A stretch of DNA of 64,000 nt from Octopus vulgaris (lineage: Eukaryota): contig OX597831.1 of NCBI GenBank assembly GCA_951406725.2, positions 12,896,001 to 12,960,000 of the forward strand. The letters are read 5' to 3'. Below are positions 26,397 through 39,196 of this stretch, piece by piece. Numbering within the stretch: the first letter of the stretch is position 1; every line of letters starts with the position of its first letter. A program made the position numbers and the translations under genes. Under the pieces are notes generated by a model that saw only the letters and a program-made list of their open reading frames with translations, ran no database searches and was not told where the DNA came from.

Positions 26397-26461
<65 letters not shown>

Positions 26462-27155
26462 TACTGTAGAAGCACACATACGGACTCGCACTGACTTTCA
26501 AACAAACACACAAACACATTTCCTATATATATACATATCTGTAAAACATCTGCCTTTCCATGTGAACATTTAAGTTTAAATATATAAGATCGATTTCCAG
26601 TATTAATACAAACCCTACATTGTTCAAGTTGTTATGTGATAGCTATGGGAAGGATACCTTACTTTTCAGGTATTGTGTGTCCATGTTCAAACACGCACGC
26701 ACACACACACACACACACATGTGCCGCAGTTGTGTTGTGTCGTTTCAAGCGATTGATTCATTGCAATTTAAGGTGGTCGGTCTGAATTCGATCCCATGAC
26801 AGGACACTTCAAATACATATCTTTTCCTATAGTTTCGAAGTGATCAATATGTTGTGTGATTCGAATACCTACACGACAACTGTTGAGAAACCCGCCTTGT
26901 GCGTGCGTGTGTGTACAGGTTTAAGTTTTTGGTCTAAAACCCAGTTAATGTTAGTTATCCATAACATAGCGGTTCAACAAGAAGGATTAATAAATAGAAT
27001 AGGTTTTAGACTGAAAAATAAGAACTTCGTTTGTTATGAGCGACCAACAGGCCTTGAAAGAAGTGGTGTCCCACTATGGTTTGTAGTGTCTAATGACTAT
27101 ATATAAAGATTACTACACACACACACATTATATATATATATATATATATATACAT

Positions 27156-27201
<46 letters not shown>

Positions 27202-27560
27202 TATTTACATAGACACGCATTCGTTTTTTACATTTGCTTCATGTATCTGTACAACATGGTAAAAAGAACGTAAACACACACGTGTGTGTGTGTGTGTGTG
27301 TAAACCTGTGACACTTATTAGAAAGAAAAGTGTTTGATATATTCGCGGTTAAAAGAAACGGCAGAGGTATTGTTATAAATCAACATTAAACAAAGACCGC
27401 TGACAATTTTAAACGTTACACACATCATACACACAGATCGTGTGTTAAAAATCCTGTCATGATCATCATCATCATTAACAACAACAATCGAACGCAATGT
27501 GGAACACCCAGCCCAGTTCTCACCACCCACAGCTTCCTTCCACCCGGCATCACCCCTCAC

Positions 27561-27602
27561 CGTTTAAGTTTCTCAGTTTTCATGTAAAGCAAACAGAAAA
27601 AC
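27561..27602 (-). other. Candidate 42-nt exon
   Basis: Minus strand: pyrimidine tract cttctctgtcgctctgtgacag, exon, then gtgagg; open in frame with the 29232 ATG. Confidence 0.2.
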
Positions 27603-28589
27603 CTGTCACAGAGCGACAGAGAAGCGATATCGCAGTTAAAGTCTTACAGAGAAAAGAACAAAGCCAACACACACATATAATATAATATATATATTCGTAT
27701 CCTATGTGTATATATGTATGAACGAAGACTAACCTGGCCATAAAATAGTTGGTTATTTTGTTTGGCATCCCATACATGTATCCAACGGTTTGTAAGAATG
27801 TTTTACCTGCATCGACGAAGAGGTAAATTGCCAACTGTTGTTATAAAAGGGTCAGTTGTATCACCCTGAGCCTTTGTCATCGTTGTAAGCCCCTCCTTTG
27901 TACGTTAGGTTTTAAAATATTTAATATATATTTGATCGCATTCACCAACTTCGCTCTATCTTTCTCTCTCTCTCTTACTCTCTGCCTATATGTAAATACG
28001 TATGTATATTACATTATATATATGTATATGTATACATATGTTGTAAGGATGTATTTTGATTCGTGTTTGGTCTTTTTAAGAACTTGATAGATTTCTTTGA
28101 AGCTTATAATAATAATAGATTATCTTACAATATATCAAGTGAATATAAATGATGTGAAATTTTACGAAGCGGCCAATATATGTGGCTACGAGAGGGGCAC
28201 GCCCATTTCTGCTTATCGCATCGGGTTTTGTGTGTTAGTTGCTTTCCAACCGAGTAACGCACACTGTTCTTGCCTAACTATTATTATACACATGTCCGCA
28301 ATATACAATCCACGAAGAAAAGAGGAAGAAGAAATATTTCCGGGATTAGAAGGAGTAGTAAAACTTTCTTATTCTTGTTGAGTATATATACGTGCGTATA
28401 TTCAGACATTATTATGTAAATAAATATGTAAATAAATATGCGTGTTTAAAAGTTGTTGAATATGGTAATCAAACAGCAATTTCCAGCACAAAAACAAAAC
28501 CCCAAAAACTAAAGGGTCCTTCCACATAGAGACGACATCTCTACATTCATTCACTCAGTTTACGAATAATTTATCGTTTTACGTTAATG

Positions 28590-29060
28590 ACTGATTACTA
28601 AGATTAATTAAACCAACTTAATTACGATCGTAGTATATTTCACACACACAAAAACAATAATCTTTAGAATTTTTGTAGACATTCAGGGATTTCACGTGTC
28701 GTTGGAATAACAATAAACCTCGACTACTAAGACAAACAGGGTTGATTACGGTACTCTTAGTATATTTTTATAAACAATAAAAACACCACTTTTTAGAGAT
28801 ATTCAGGGATTCCACATGTGTAAATAATGGTTAATAATGAGACAACGAAGGAGCTTGTTCTTACTAAGGATAATTAAACTGAGTTAATTAGCGTACTATA
28901 GAATATTATATGAATAATAAACCATTTATTTAGAATCGGGGATTCCACACGTGTAGTTTAAAAGACAACGGAGGGATTAATTTCCGTTTTATAATGTATT
29001 TCATAAACAATGAAACAAGTCTAGAAATGTTTGAGACAATCGGGGATTGCAGCCTGTGGT
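28590..29060. repeat. Degenerate tandem repeat, about 4 units of 105-135 bp, each with a GGGATT-centred motif
   Basis: Motif at about 28684, 28804, 28937 and 29041; flanking TTACTAAG..TAATTAAAC and TAAACAAT.AAAC segments recur. Confidence 0.7.
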
Positions 29061-29164
29061 TTCTATAATGGTCCCTTTCGTTTTATTTGTACAGGAAGAT
29101 TGTTGTTTGTGTTAGAAATTCGACAACTTTTAACCGAAATGGTTTGTTTTGTTTTTCGACTTAC

Positions 29165-29620
29165 CTTGGAGCGCAGCCGGTGTCGGAAACTGTTGAGGTT
29201 TTAGACCAAACAAGATAGGTATTTAATATCATTCCTGATTCACGTTTGATTGAGTACACGAACAACTGAAGCGAAACATACAAAATAAAATCACCCAACT
29301 GGCCAGTTTAAGTACACTTCGTAAAAATAAAAATAAAAAGTCTTTTTATGTATTTATTATGAGGCCATTCAGTTTAATATTCACTTCAGAATCCATTCAT
29401 AAGGTAGAAAAATATAAAGGAGAGGAGGTATTTCCTTTCTCTCTCTCCCTCTTTTTATTCCTTCGTCTTCAGCTTTTATGATTGTTGTTGATGCTGTTGT
29501 TATTATTACAACCGGCACATTATTATTTCTCGACAGAAACACTAAAATTGTGAAGTAAATTCCATGCTAAAAACAGCAGCGGTCGCTCTGGAGAGAGAGA
29601 AAAACACCGACGACACACAA
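29165..29620 (-). other. Candidate first (largely 5' UTR) exon of a minus-strand gene
   Basis: Consensus donor CAAG|GTAAGT at 29165/29164 in unique, CpG-retaining sequence; short ORF MILNTYLVWSKTSTVSDTGCAP from ATG 29232; the 5' limit is a guess. Confidence 0.4.
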
Positions 29621-30325
29621 CAACATAATCCTTCGTTTTCTTCTTCTTTTTTCCCCTTCTTCTATTCTTTCTCTCTCACCTTCCCTCATTCGCTAAATTT
29701 AATTCACTTCCTCTCCAACATTATTTCCTACTCATTCAATTTTTCTCTTTTTTTCTCTTTACATTCCTCTCTTTATCCGTCGATCTCTCTCTCTCTCTCA
29801 CTCACACGCGCACACATTAAATTCTATTTAATTTACTTTTATTATCGTCAACCGTCGGCTCTTAACGATCGGATTTTGAATCTCACCGAGGACCACTTTC
29901 CTTTCATTCTCTCCAACTCAGTAAAACAAACCAAAAGGAAATGACACGGAGGTCGATGGCATCGACTAATCTCTCCCCTTCAAAAAAACTGTAGGTCTTG
30001 TGCTTCTGCTGGTTCTCTACGTTCAGAGTTCAAATCCTGCTGAGGTTAACTTTGTTATCTTTTCCTTTCAAGGTCGATACAATGAAGTACCTATCAAGTA
30101 CTGGAATCGTAGTGTGCACTAAACACTCCATTAAAAATTGCTGGCCGTGTGCCTCTAGCGGTTCTACGTTCCGGGTTCAAATCTTATCGAGGTCGATTTA
30201 GCTTTTCGTCCTTTCGAAGTCGCTAAAATAAAATACGGGTCTAGTACTGAAGCCGAGATGGCACTGACTGACCCCTTCCCTCCAAACTACTGGCCTTGTG
30301 CGAAAATTAGAAACAACTATAAAGA

Positions 30326-30838
<513 letters not shown>

Positions 30839-31033
30839 TTATTATTATTAGGAGAGGGCGCTTGCTCCTGGGGTTTCAAGGAAATCTCAGACAGTGGGGT
30901 TCCTCGAATATCCCTAGGGGCCTTCGTGTATCAGGAGGGCCACATCTCTATCCTCCTTCCCGTCACTTATTTTTCTTAAACCTTTGTCTGCTATACATAT
31001 ATCCCTTCTTTTTCTATGAATACCCTGTACACT

Positions 31034-31072
<39 letters not shown>

Positions 31073-31161
31073 ATCTTCTTATTTATCATTTCATTATATG
31101 TAAACCCCAACACTTTGTCTTTGTATTGCCCCTTTCATTCTTCGCCCTTGTGGAATATATA

Positions 31162-31368
31162 TTTCTTTACTACCCACAAGGGGCTAAAACATAGAGGGGG
31201 CAAACAAGGACAGACAAACGGATCAAGTCGATTACATCGACCCCAGTGCGTAACTGGTACTTAATTTATCGACCCCGAAAGGACGAAAGGCAAAGTCGAC
31301 CTCGACGGAATTTGAACTCAGAACGTAACGGCAGACGAAATACCGCTAAGCATTTCGACCGGCGTGCT
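31162..31368 (-). mobile_element. SINE family B
   Basis: Family core. Confidence 0.85.
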
Positions 31369-31531
31369 TGAAATCATCATCATCATCATCATAAAACCAC
31401 CATGCACCACGCACTTCGTCATTTGCCGGCCAAATGTAGTACACACACACACACATGCTTGTCTTGCACACATCACACTGTGTACACACAAACAATAATA
31501 ATAACAACAACATCGAACCGCTGCACACCAC

Positions 31532-31610
31532 TCTTCTTCTTCTTCTTCTTCTTCTTCTTCTTCTTCTTCTTCTTCTTCTTCTTCTTCTTCTTCTTCTTCT
31601 TCTTCTTCTT
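31532..31610. repeat. (TTC)n microsatellite
   Basis: Direct reading. Confidence 0.95.
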
Positions 31611-32009
31611 CTCAGCCATTTCCTCTGCCGCTGCTACACTGCAGCGAGGACAGAATTCTCGCTTGTTTACAAACTACTTTCTTCTTTTCTCTAAGGATTT
31701 CTCGCGAAAAGAAACAAAACGATCAACTTTTTTTTTCTTCTCTTTTCTTTTCTTTTCTTTTTCCATTTTTTTTTTTTTTTTTCTTCAAACTAACGTCAAC
31801 TACCAAATACTTTAATCACCACCAACACCACCACCACAACAACACTACAACCTCTGTGACTAACAGCGCCACCACCACAGGCATCACAACCACCATCGCC
31901 GCCACAATCGCAACCATCATCACCACCACCACCACCACCACTACCACCGCCGCCGCCACCGCCACAACCACCACCAAAAACAGCAACAACAACAGTACAA
32001 CCACTATCG

Positions 32010-32390
32010 TGGCACTCCGTCGGTTTCGACGACGAGGGTTCCAGTTGATCCGATCAACGGAACAGCCTGCTCGTGACATTAATGTGCAATTGGCTGAGCA
32101 CTCCACAGACATGTGTACCCTTAACGTTGTTCTCAGGGGAGATTCAGCGTGACCCAAACTGTGGCAAAGCTGGCCCCTTTGAAATACTGGTACAACAGAA
32201 ACAGGAAAGAAAAAGTGAGAGAAAGTTGTGGCGAAAGAGTAGAGCAGGGATCGCCACCTCTCCCCTGCAGGAGCCTCGCGGACCTCTGGGTGTTTGCGCT
32301 CAATAAACACAACGCCCTGTCTAGGAATCGAAACCGCGATCCTACGACCGCGAGTCCTATGCTCTAACCACCGAGCCATTGCGCCTCCAC
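32010..32390 (-). mobile_element. tRNA-derived SINE: head as at 2330-2547, tail as in family C
   Basis: Minus-strand head GTGGAGGCGCAATGGCTCGGTGGTTAGAGC...GGTTTCGATTCC; the 3' 170 bp matches 38570-38740. Confidence 0.85.
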
Positions 32391-32716
32391 ACAGCTACAA
32401 TCACTATAATTAACACCACCATGTCCACAACTACCACTACCACCACCACCACAACCATCACCGCCACCGCAATCACCAGCACGACGACCACCACCACCGT
32501 ATTACCCACCACCATCACCTTCGTCTAATAGACAGATGTTATGGTGGTGGTGGTGGTGGTGGAGGCGGTGGGGTGGGGGTGTTGTTTTGAAATATGCTCG
32601 ACAGGTTGGAGTCTGGTGTTTCTTGTTCTTTAAGATGAAAGTCTTTAAGATGTTATTTTGGTAGAAAATATGAGTTTATGGATGTTTGGTTGAAGAGAAG
32701 AAAGTTTTGAGCAGAA

Positions 32717-32766
<50 letters not shown>

Positions 32767-32907
32767 AAGCAAAGAGCAAAAGGCAAAAGAAAGAAAGAAG
32801 AAAACGAAGCCATGTAACATGTTTAATATCAGCGTGTAAAAATGAACGTTTGTATAGTTTTGTATATATTTATTTGAACATGTATTAACTAAAAGTAGGT
32901 GTTTATA

Positions 32908-33105
<198 letters not shown>

Positions 33106-33468
33106 GCACAAGCACTCATTTATTTACACGCATTTAACCTCGGGCGCACACACATAAACACACACACAACATACATTATGTTAATGTGTCTGTGTGTGTA
33201 TGTGTTTGTATGTATTTATGTGCGTATGAGTGTGTGTGTGTGTGAGATTCTTTTTGCTTTCGTGTCTAATTAAACAGTTTTCGCTCCAAATAATAAACAA
33301 ATATTTGTTATTCTTTATTTCAACTTTATGTTTGTATAAATATACAACTTAATTACACCAGTGGCTTTACACGCACGCACACACCACACGCACGCACACA
33401 CACACACACGCACATGCATACAAATATATATATATGTATATGTATATATATATATACATATATATATA

Positions 33469-33835
33469 TCTATTATATAAAATCCGTTCTGTCTGTCTGT
33501 GTGTGTCATCTAGGATCTCGGGCATCCTCCATCCGATTGCGCTCAAACTTGATATGTAGATACCGACGTTATCAGGGCGTGCATAAGTCTTGAAAAAATT
33601 ACAAAAATCGATTCCAGGTGAGAATGCGATCGATAAAGCCGTGGGAACGTGCATTTGTAAAATCGTTTTTCTTGGAATAGAAAAAAGTCTATTTTTATTT
33701 CTTCTTTTGCTGGTGTCTCAAATTTAGGTTAAATCAGTGTTTCTCAAAAGGCAGGCCTATGGGACGGTCGGACAAGTTGTTTTGAGAAAATTTGGTTTAA
33801 ATGTTTGACAGCTCACCACCGGGGGCGTTTGCTCG
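33469..33835 (+). mobile_element. Non-autonomous Helitron
   Basis: 5' A|TCTATTATATAAAA followed by (CTGT)n; 3' GC-rich hairpin remnant and CTCG|T (degenerate CTRR). Confidence 0.6.
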
Positions 33836-33868
33836 TATACATATATATATATACACACACATATATAT

Positions 33869-34022
33869 AAGGCGTAGGAGTAGCTGTGTGGTAAGTAATT
33901 TTTGCGAACCACATAGTTCCGGATTCAGTCTGGCAACTTGGGCAAGTGTCTTATACTATAGCCTCGGTCCAATCAAAGCCTTGTGAGTGGATTTAGTACA
34001 CAGAAACTGAAAGAAGCTCGTC

Positions 34023-34082
<60 letters not shown>

Positions 34083-34217
34083 GTATGCATGTATGTATGT
34101 ATATGTTTGTGTGTCTGTGTTAGTCCCCCAACATTGCTTGACCACCGATGCTGGTGTGTTTACGTCCCCGTAACTTAGCGGTTCGGCAAGAGACCGATAG
34201 AATAAATACTAGGCTTA
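33869..34217 (+). mobile_element. SINE family A (3' truncated)
   Basis: Colinear with 904-1240. Confidence 0.85.
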
Positions 34218-34372
34218 TACTAGACATATATATATATATATATGGAAAAAATTTACAACCTTCCAGGTCAATGGACCATTATTGTTCCTGAAAGTTGTTC
34301 TCTATATCTTGTACGGTCTGCTCGAAGCTTACTAACTTCCTACACTTTGATCCTTGGATCTTTTACTCACAT

Positions 34373-34434
<62 letters not shown>

Positions 34435-34724
34435 CAGGAGTGATAGGTATTTTTTTCCCTCTAAAGCTCTTGTCTCTCCTCACGTAAACACACATACTTA
34501 ACGTTTACTCTCTCCCTATTTCTTGCTCTGTCTCTAAGGAACAGCTAGCTTTTCACGTATGTTTAATTGAAAAGCGAACTTCAAATGTGATCTTCAAATT
34601 ATCATTTTTTTTATTATATTAACAATTTTTTCATATTTCATTGTTTATAGAAAGTGTGATATTCTCCAGAATTTAATTTCAATTACAAACAAAATTAAAA
34701 ATATTGATTTCAAGAATTTTGTAT

Positions 34725-35428
34725 AAGGCCAGTAATTTCAAGGGAAGGAGTAAGTCGATTGGTACATGGACCCCAGTGTTCAACTGGTACTCATTTTATT
34801 GTTCCTGAAAGGTTGAAAGGACAAAATCGACCTCAACGGAATTTGAACTCCGAACGTAAAGTCGGAAAAAGTACCGCCGAGCATTTTGTACGGCGTGCAA
34901 ACGATTCTTTTTTACTCTAGGTACAAGGCCCCAAATTTTTAGGGAGGGGAGCCAGGCGATTAGATCGACTCCAAGACTCAACTTGTACTAATTTATCGAC
35001 CCCCGAAAGGATGAAAGGCAAAGTCGACCTCGGCGGAATTTGAACTCAGAACGTAGCGGCAGATGAAATACCTATTTCTTTACTAACCACAAGGGGATAA
35101 ACACAGAGGAGACAAAGAAGGATAGACAAAGGGATTAAGTTGATTATATCGACCCCTGTGCGTAACTGGTACTTATTTAATCGACCCCGAAAGGATGAAA
35201 GGCAAAGTCGACCTCGGCGGAATTTGAACTCAGAACGTAAAGTCGGAATAAGTACCTGTTTCTTTACTACCCACAAGGGGCTAAATACAGAGAGGACAAA
35301 CAAACGGATTAAGTCGATTACATCGACCCCAGTGCGTAACTGGTGCTTAATTTATCGACCACGAAAGGATGAAAAGCAAAGTCGACCTCGGCGGAATTTG
35401 AACTCAGAACGTAGCGGCAGACGAAATG
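34725..35428 (-). mobile_element. SINE family B multimer (4 units)
   Basis: Four (A)AAGTCGACCTC.GCGGAATTTGAACTC-type cores. Confidence 0.85.
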
Positions 35429-35564
35429 CACGGTTGCTTGCGTGTATTTGGCATATTTTGATTGATCAGCATCACAGCCCAAAGTCGACGACGCTCTCTT
35501 TGCCATTTATCTCCCCTACCTTCACCTCTCACTCCGGCTCTATTATATATATATAGATATATAC

Positions 35565-35634
<70 letters not shown>

Positions 35635-35640
<6 letters not shown>

Positions 35641-36013
35641 GAAAAATACAAACTGGGACAAGAACGTAAAACATTTAGAAGACGATACAAAAAACACGGA
35701 CGGGACATTCGAAGCCTTCAAGCTTCAGTCAAGAACCGGATCATCGTAGCAATTTCGGCTGATTAATCTTGAGATTGCTCCGATCCGGCCAGCCCCAAGG
35801 AAAAACTAAGCTACGAGCATTAGATTTCTTGGAAGAAGGATCGAATGTATACGAAACAGGGAAAGAAAAACGGACGATGCCACACGAATATAAAATACAA
35901 AAAACAATAATGAAATACAAAAAACAATAATGGTAAAAACAGGACGAAAACAGCGGGTGTCCTACGACTAATAAACAGTACAACAAGTTTAGCTGGCGTA
36001 TTTGGAAAAAATG

Positions 36014-36060
<47 letters not shown>

Positions 36061-36316
36061 GGTATGTAGAAAAATACAACATGGACAAGAACGTATAACT
36101 CTTAGAAGACGATACAATAAACACGGACAGGACATTCGAAACCCTCAGTCTTCAGTCAAGAACCGGATCATCGTAGTAATTTCGGCTGATTAATCTTGAG
36201 ATTACTAGATCACGGCCAGCCCTCCAAGAAAAACTAAGCAACGAGCATTAGAAAAACTAAGCTGGAAGCGTAGATTTCCTGGAAGAAGGATCGAATGCAT
36301 ACGAACACCAGGACAA
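35635..36316 (-). mobile_element. Two tandem PLE-like terminal repeats separated by (TA)n
   Basis: 35635-36005 and 36062-36316 are direct repeats homologous to 17372-17750 and 48550-48790. Confidence 0.6.
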
Positions 36317-36669
36317 TATATATATATATATATATATGTACATACACACACAGACACACAAATATATAAAAAAGACAATGCTCATTGTTATATTAGATTA
36401 TACATACATTTTAACACTTTACAGTATACATATATATATAAATAATTCTATGCATCGTTCGATCTAAAACAACAGGATTACTAAGGAAAGACCGGAATTG
36501 AAGAGAAGAGAAAGCCAAAAGGTCTCATAATATTCATTGTAGGATTTTATTTCAGATATTCTCATTTTTAAAAATCATCTCCGGTTAATCGTTGAGAGGA
36601 CGTTGGTGTTGCCTTGGCGGACGTTGGCGCTCTCTGAGTGCTCTCGTCGTTATTATTTCTTTGTCCTTT

Positions 36670-36714
36670 GTCAGAAATCTTTCGTTACACATCCTGTGCA
36701 CACTCTTCAGTGAC
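36670..36714 (-). ncRNA. Minimal type-I hammerhead ribozyme motif
   Basis: Minus strand GTCA-CTGAAGA-GTGTGCACAGGATGTGTAAC-GAAA-GATT-TC-TGAC: stem I GTCA/TGAC, intact core boxes, folded stem II, 1-bp stem III. Confidence 0.65.
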
Positions 36715-36715
36715 T

Positions 36716-36758
36716 CTCCATCCTACGCGTTTCATCCCGTTCTCCTCAGGCAAATAGA
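36716..36758 (-). ncRNA. Second hammerhead motif immediately 5' of the first (weak stems)
   Basis: CTGAGGA-GAACGGGAT-GAAACGCGTA, with a palindromic stem III loop typical of PLE hammerheads. Confidence 0.45.
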
Positions 36759-36999
36759 ATAATCCATAGAATGGACTAAATAAGATAAAATTGGACACGT
36801 ACGATAGGGAGTCGCTGGAGAGGACACAGGATGTGTGGCGAAAGATTTTAGACAAACGGATAAATTGGAGGTCAAACAAGTCGTGCTTGTGTGTTTTATT
36901 GGTAAAATATGACCATCTCCAAGTAGGACCAAATTTGTTTCAACACACGGTTTCGCATCAGGAGTCTTGCAAAACAAATACGTAAATGACGAAGACTTT

Positions 37000-37185
37000 G
37001 ATTGATTGATTGATTGATTCTAGTTTCAGCTCATGAGCTGTGGCCATGCTGGGGCACCGCCATTTGATGTTGCTACATGGTTTTACTTCACGAATGCTTT
37101 TGAGCAACTGCCATTTTGTGCATGAGAGAGTTCGATGCAGCTGCCCTCATCTGCACCTCCTGCCGCGAAGTTGGTTCATCTGGGA
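37000..37185 (-). mobile_element. CR1/L2-clade LINE 3' end with (AATC)n tail
   Basis: Minus strand [23 protein letters not shown]...* then GGCGGTGCCCCAGCATGGCCACAGCTCATGAGCTGAAACTAG. Confidence 0.75.
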
Positions 37186-37237
37186 TACCTGACAGGTATG
37201 TATATGGATATATATATATATATATATATATATATGG

Positions 37238-37310
<73 letters not shown>

Positions 37311-37435
37311 ATGTATATATATATATATATGTATATATGTATATGTATATATCCAGTTTCTTAGACAACAACGAGATAGGGAAGTCAAAAGTTCAAGTCA
37401 GACATTTATTAACAATATATAATACACACACACAC

Positions 37436-37468
<33 letters not shown>

Positions 37469-37516
37469 TGTATGTATGTATGTATGTATGTATGTATATG
37501 TATGGGTATATGTATG

Positions 37517-37569
<53 letters not shown>

Positions 37570-37731
37570 GTATGTATATATATATGTGTGTGTGGATATA
37601 TATATTTATATAAATGTATATTAATATATTTGTGTATATATATATATACATATGTATATATATATATGTATATATATATATATGCACATATGTATATATA
37701 TATATACATGTATATACATATGTATATATAT

Positions 37732-37785
<54 letters not shown>

Positions 37786-37877
37786 GTGTATGTATATATA
37801 AATATGTATATATACATATGTATATATATATATATAGGTGAATAAAATCAAAATAAGCAACACGATATCCAGAGGTG

Positions 37878-37965
37878 ATGAAGTACGACCGTTTCAAGCG
37901 GCTCCATTTAATTGAACAATGCAATCATTACATCAATTTAAATGCAGGGCTATCCTCAGCTACAT
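37878..37965 (-). ncRNA. Type-I hammerhead ribozyme motif (left arm of hairpin)
   Basis: Minus strand ATGTAG-CTGAGGA-[57-nt stem II region]-GAAAC-GGTC-GTA-CTTCAT. Confidence 0.6.
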
Positions 37966-37995
37966 AAATGAAATTTAAAATTTATTTATTTATTT

Positions 37996-38083
37996 ATGCA
38001 GCTGAGGATAGCCCTGCACTGAAATTGATGTAATGATTGCTTTGTTCAATTAAATGGAGCCGCTTGAAACGGCCGTACTGCAT
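37996..38083 (+). ncRNA. Type-I hammerhead ribozyme motif (right arm of hairpin)
   Basis: ATGCAG-CTGAGGA-[57-nt stem II region]-GAAAC-GGCC-GTA-CTGCAT; perfect stem I, intact core, palindromic stem III, GUA cleavage triplet. Confidence 0.75.
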
Positions 38084-38420
38084 GAGTTCTTGATATCCAG
38101 TTGCATATTTTGCTTATATATGCATACGTATATATATATATATGTAGCAGACCAATGTATATGTATGTAAACGTGGAGTAGTTGAAACAGGGACAACTAA
38201 AGAAAGGGAATATTCCTTAAGTTGTATGTCTCGTTTCTATGTTTTTGTTTTTATGTTTTCGTTTCTCATTGTGTTCAACGTTTTTTTTTTTGATGTCCTG
38301 TACTCATATATGCATGTATATATACATATATATGTAGGTATGTACATATATGTATGTATATATATGCATATATTTATATATTATTTATATTATATTTATG
38401 TGTATATATATACATACAAT

Positions 38421-38740
38421 GTGAAGGCGCGTGGCTTAGTGGTTAGGGCATTCGACTGACGATTGTAAGGTCGTGAGTTCGATTCCCGGCGATGCGTTGT
38501 GTCCTTGAGCAAGATACTTTATTTCACGTTGCTCCAGTCCACTCAGCTGGCAAAAATGAGTTGTACCTGTAATTCAAAGGGCCAGCCTTGACACACAGTG
38601 TGTCACGCTGAATCTCCCCTGAGTTAGGGGTACACGTGTCTGTGGATTGCTCAGTCACTTGCACGCTAATTTCACGAGTAGGCTGTTCCGTTGATCGTAT
38701 CAGCTGGGACCCTCATCGTCGTAACCGACGGAGTGCTCCC
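38421..38740 (+). mobile_element. tRNA-derived CORE-type SINE, family C (full length)
   Basis: A box GTGGCTTAGTGG, B box GAGTTCGATTCC, CORE-like TGTGTCCTTGAGCAAGATACTT; reverse copy at 63496-63812. Confidence 0.9.
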
Positions 38741-39161
38741 CTTTTATATACATACTTATATACATACGTGCACTCACAACACGCACCCACATATGTATGT
38801 ATATAATGTTTAATTAATCACGCCAGGCACGCAGTTGTTCGACCTGTTAGATATAGCAGCGAAATCCTACCTCGAATAACACGCAACACCTCAATCCCGC
38901 GTATACAAACGAGGTCATGAAACGATCATAAAAACTCCGGGTTAAACAACAGCCAACAACAGCATTGACATTCTTGAACGAGAAATATCTTTAAAAAAAA
39001 ACCCAGAAAAGCGGGGGAGAGAACCACAGTGTGGGTGATGATGACGACGACGATCACGACGACGATAAGAGAAGAGGTCGACGCGGGTGATGACGGGGGT
39101 GGGGTGGAGGTGGGGGGTACGGCTAGGATAAAGACGTGAGCAACTGGTCCCACTTGGTAGC

Positions 39162-39196
<35 letters not shown>

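Noticed and set aside
38421-38495. Functional tRNA genes at SINE heads
   Set aside because: The acceptor stems do not pair and the heads run directly into SINE bodies.
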